From Takakia lepidozioides (Eukaryota > Plantae > Bryophyta), in assembly GCA_030704615.1 (NCBI GenBank), contig CM060734.1, positions 32,736,001 to 32,800,000 on the forward strand: a stretch of DNA of 64,000 nt. Reading direction: 5' to 3'. A program made the translations under genes and the position numbers. Below are positions 61,930-64,000 of the stretch, piece after piece. The first letter of the stretch is position 1; each line of letters begins with the position of its first letter. The notes under the pieces are model-generated. The model was given only the letters and a program-made list of their open reading frames with translations. It was not told where the DNA came from and searched no databases.

Positions 61930-63600
61930 GCAAATCCAAGATTTTACCGCTCCTCGAGGAACTCGACGCTAGAGGAGGGGTGATGTCACAGACATAGCCC
62001 AGAGGAACTTACCAGGAATAAATACCAGAAGTTACTACCATGTTATCGAAAGTTACCGTGATCTATCATGATTTATCATAAATTATCATTAGTTATCAAA
62101 TTACCGGGAGTTTACCAAATTACCGAGAGTAACTTGGGAAACTGCTCAGGAAGCTTCTTTTGGAGGAAACTTCTCCATCAAGAAACCTCCTTTGGGGAAG
62201 CCTCTTAGGGAACTTCCTAGTAGCCACTATATATAGAAGGCGAGACTTGACACTCTTCAGTCTCGCCAACACTAGTTTAAGCTACTCTTGTTTCCAGTTT
62301 CCAGTATCTGGTACTCCAGTCCAGTTTCTAGCATTCTAGTATTCAAGTCGTGTTCCAATATCTTGTACTCTTGTTCATTGTTATAAAGATCGTTTTGTTT
62401 CCTATTTACTCATCATGCATTTGGTCACGCCGACCTTGACTTCTTGTCTAGTCTTGTATCTCTAGTCTGATCTCTTGTTTGTGTTCAGTCATGTTCTCGT
62501 CATTGATAGGCTAACCCTAGATTACGAATAACGCTAGGCCATTGCAATAGTATACTTATCACCAGATAAGTGACTTGATATGGAACTGTCGGATGAATCT
62601 GATGCATATATTTCGGGGCCTAGAAGTGGACCTACCTCCTTGTGAAAAACAATGTAGTGGTTTCAACCTCAAGAAAATTGTAGCTTGGATCATCAACTTG
62701 GATGGTTGTTGAATACTTCCAAAGATTGTGCAGCAGATTGTGGAGGTGATTCCTCAATGTACTAGATGCATTCTCCCGATTTTGTTTGTGTGGTCCTTGC
62801 TTGTTTTGGCTTTGTTTCAGTGGAAGCGGCTGTGACTCTTGGCTTCATCTTCTTCTTCTTTGCAGGTTTTGCTCGACGTTTCTTGTGTGCCATTGCAGGG
62901 GTAACATCCAAGAGGGCCGTAGTTCTGTCCTCTGGACCGTATGAGCAGTAATACCTACAACCACAAACTACATTCCGTTATTATCACTCTAAGGGGACTC
63001 ATGCACTTTCTGCATTCATGGAAATCATGGAATAGGCATTGCAACACATGAACGGCAGCCCAAGATGTACCTTGTTATAATCAAAGCACTGTTGGTGCGA
63101 GGAGCTAACAGAGATCCCTCCGGATGGCCTCTTTGGTGATGCCTGTGGAAAGTGCATGGGCCATCTGTACAGGAGGATTCCCCAGTGATGAAATCAACAA
63201 CGCGATTCCATGGAATGTAGGCGACTTAGGCTGAGTCTTGGCCATGAGGCTTGATATGCCATTGCAAACGCCACTGTAGTACATGATGGTTGAAAACACC
63301 TGCATTTGGCAGTTGCACTTGGTTTCGAAGCAACAAAACAAGATGAGACACGATGGCTTTAGATTTCTCGCCAACCAACATGTCGATTTGCAATTCAAAG
63401 AGGAGGCGGTGATGATACAGGCTGAACATAAGGTTTCCTGGTGACAACACGAAGCTACAGGAGGGTAATTCCATGGAGACTCGCCTTTGATTACACATCC
63501 ATTTGTACTCTCATCCATCTGATTACACATCCATCCATACCTACACACATTGATCCTAAATCCCACAAGTAGACGAACAGTCATGTCCATTAAATAATAC

Positions 63601-63652
63601 TAAATTTGAAATTTAAAATTTGAAATTTAAAATTTGAAAATTGAAATTCAAA
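63601..63652. repeat. 7-bp tandem repeat (AAATTTG/A)
   Basis: aaatttgaaatttaaaatttgaaatttaaaatttg... Confidence 0.8.
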
Positions 63653-64000
63653 CTTGGGTACGCATGTGTTGGCTTCGCTCTCACTATGGGCTCATGTTAT
63701 GTTCATGACCACATCTGATATCTGGCATGGATGCGTGCATGACCTACATGTATCATGTGTTATATAAACGACATTCCATGGGGTGACGGATGGGGGGCGG
63801 GGGGCGGGGACGGGCCGCGGCGACCGCGAGCCGCGCGGGAGCCGGAGGGGGGGAGGCGCTGTGGGGGGCGAGGGGGGTGCCACGCAGGCAGGACGGAAGG
63901 GCTCGCATTAAACTCCCGGGCCTTTTCTGGTGTGCGCCCAATCAAATACAACGGAGACACATGCCCCCCGTGACAGTTAGAATCTCTGGCACGCATTTTG

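Larger units (their letters stand above)
55689..62508 (+). mobile_element. Full-length but decayed Ty3/gypsy chromovirus (Tcn1/Tf1-sushi-like)
   Basis: 5' LTR 55689-56314 (TG..CA), 3' LTR 61984-62508, TSD GGCTA on both sides, PPT at 61971-61980. gag with CCHC knuckle, protease LLDSGAS, RT YLDD, RNase H, integrase and chromodomain, with many stops. Confidence 0.96.
54200..64000 (-). mobile_element. Decayed Mutator-like/SWIM-family DNA transposon candidate, interrupted by the LTR element
   Basis: Coding relic at ~63300-62760: VAYIPWNRVVDFITGESSCTDGPCTF..., an intron, then YYCSYGPED, resembling plant SWIM-finger MULE-derived proteins (At4g13970/At1g60560 type). ~25-bp inverted match between 54229-54253 and 63778-63802. 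Confidence 0.55.

Overview
AT-moderate, intron-rich nuclear DNA from a land plant with flagellated sperm, probably a bryophyte or similar non-seed plant. This is inferred from a DRC2/CCDC65 axonemal gene, many PLS-type PPR copies and a self-priming chromovirus. Intact genes: DRC2/CCDC65 (3' end outside the window), mitoribosomal mL53, an LRRC57-like LRR gene, cobalamin-independent methionine synthase (METE), a secreted Gly/Pro-rich protein, and a three-exon NOP10 gene that the ORF track misses. Decayed genes: a TIP41-like pseudogene broken by an inversion, five PPR relics and an F-box/kelch fragment. Mobile DNA: four pieces of one RTEX-like LINE family, hAT and Harbinger MITEs with TSDs, and a 6.8-kb chromovirus with a 5-bp TSD inserted in a Mutator-like/SWIM-family relic. 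Main discovery: intron 1 of NOP10, a core H/ACA snoRNP protein, carries a tandem array of three intact and one degenerate ~250-nt structured RNAs. They have the diagnostic m1/m2 motifs and spacing of snR30/U17, the essential 18S rRNA-processing H/ACA snoRNA.
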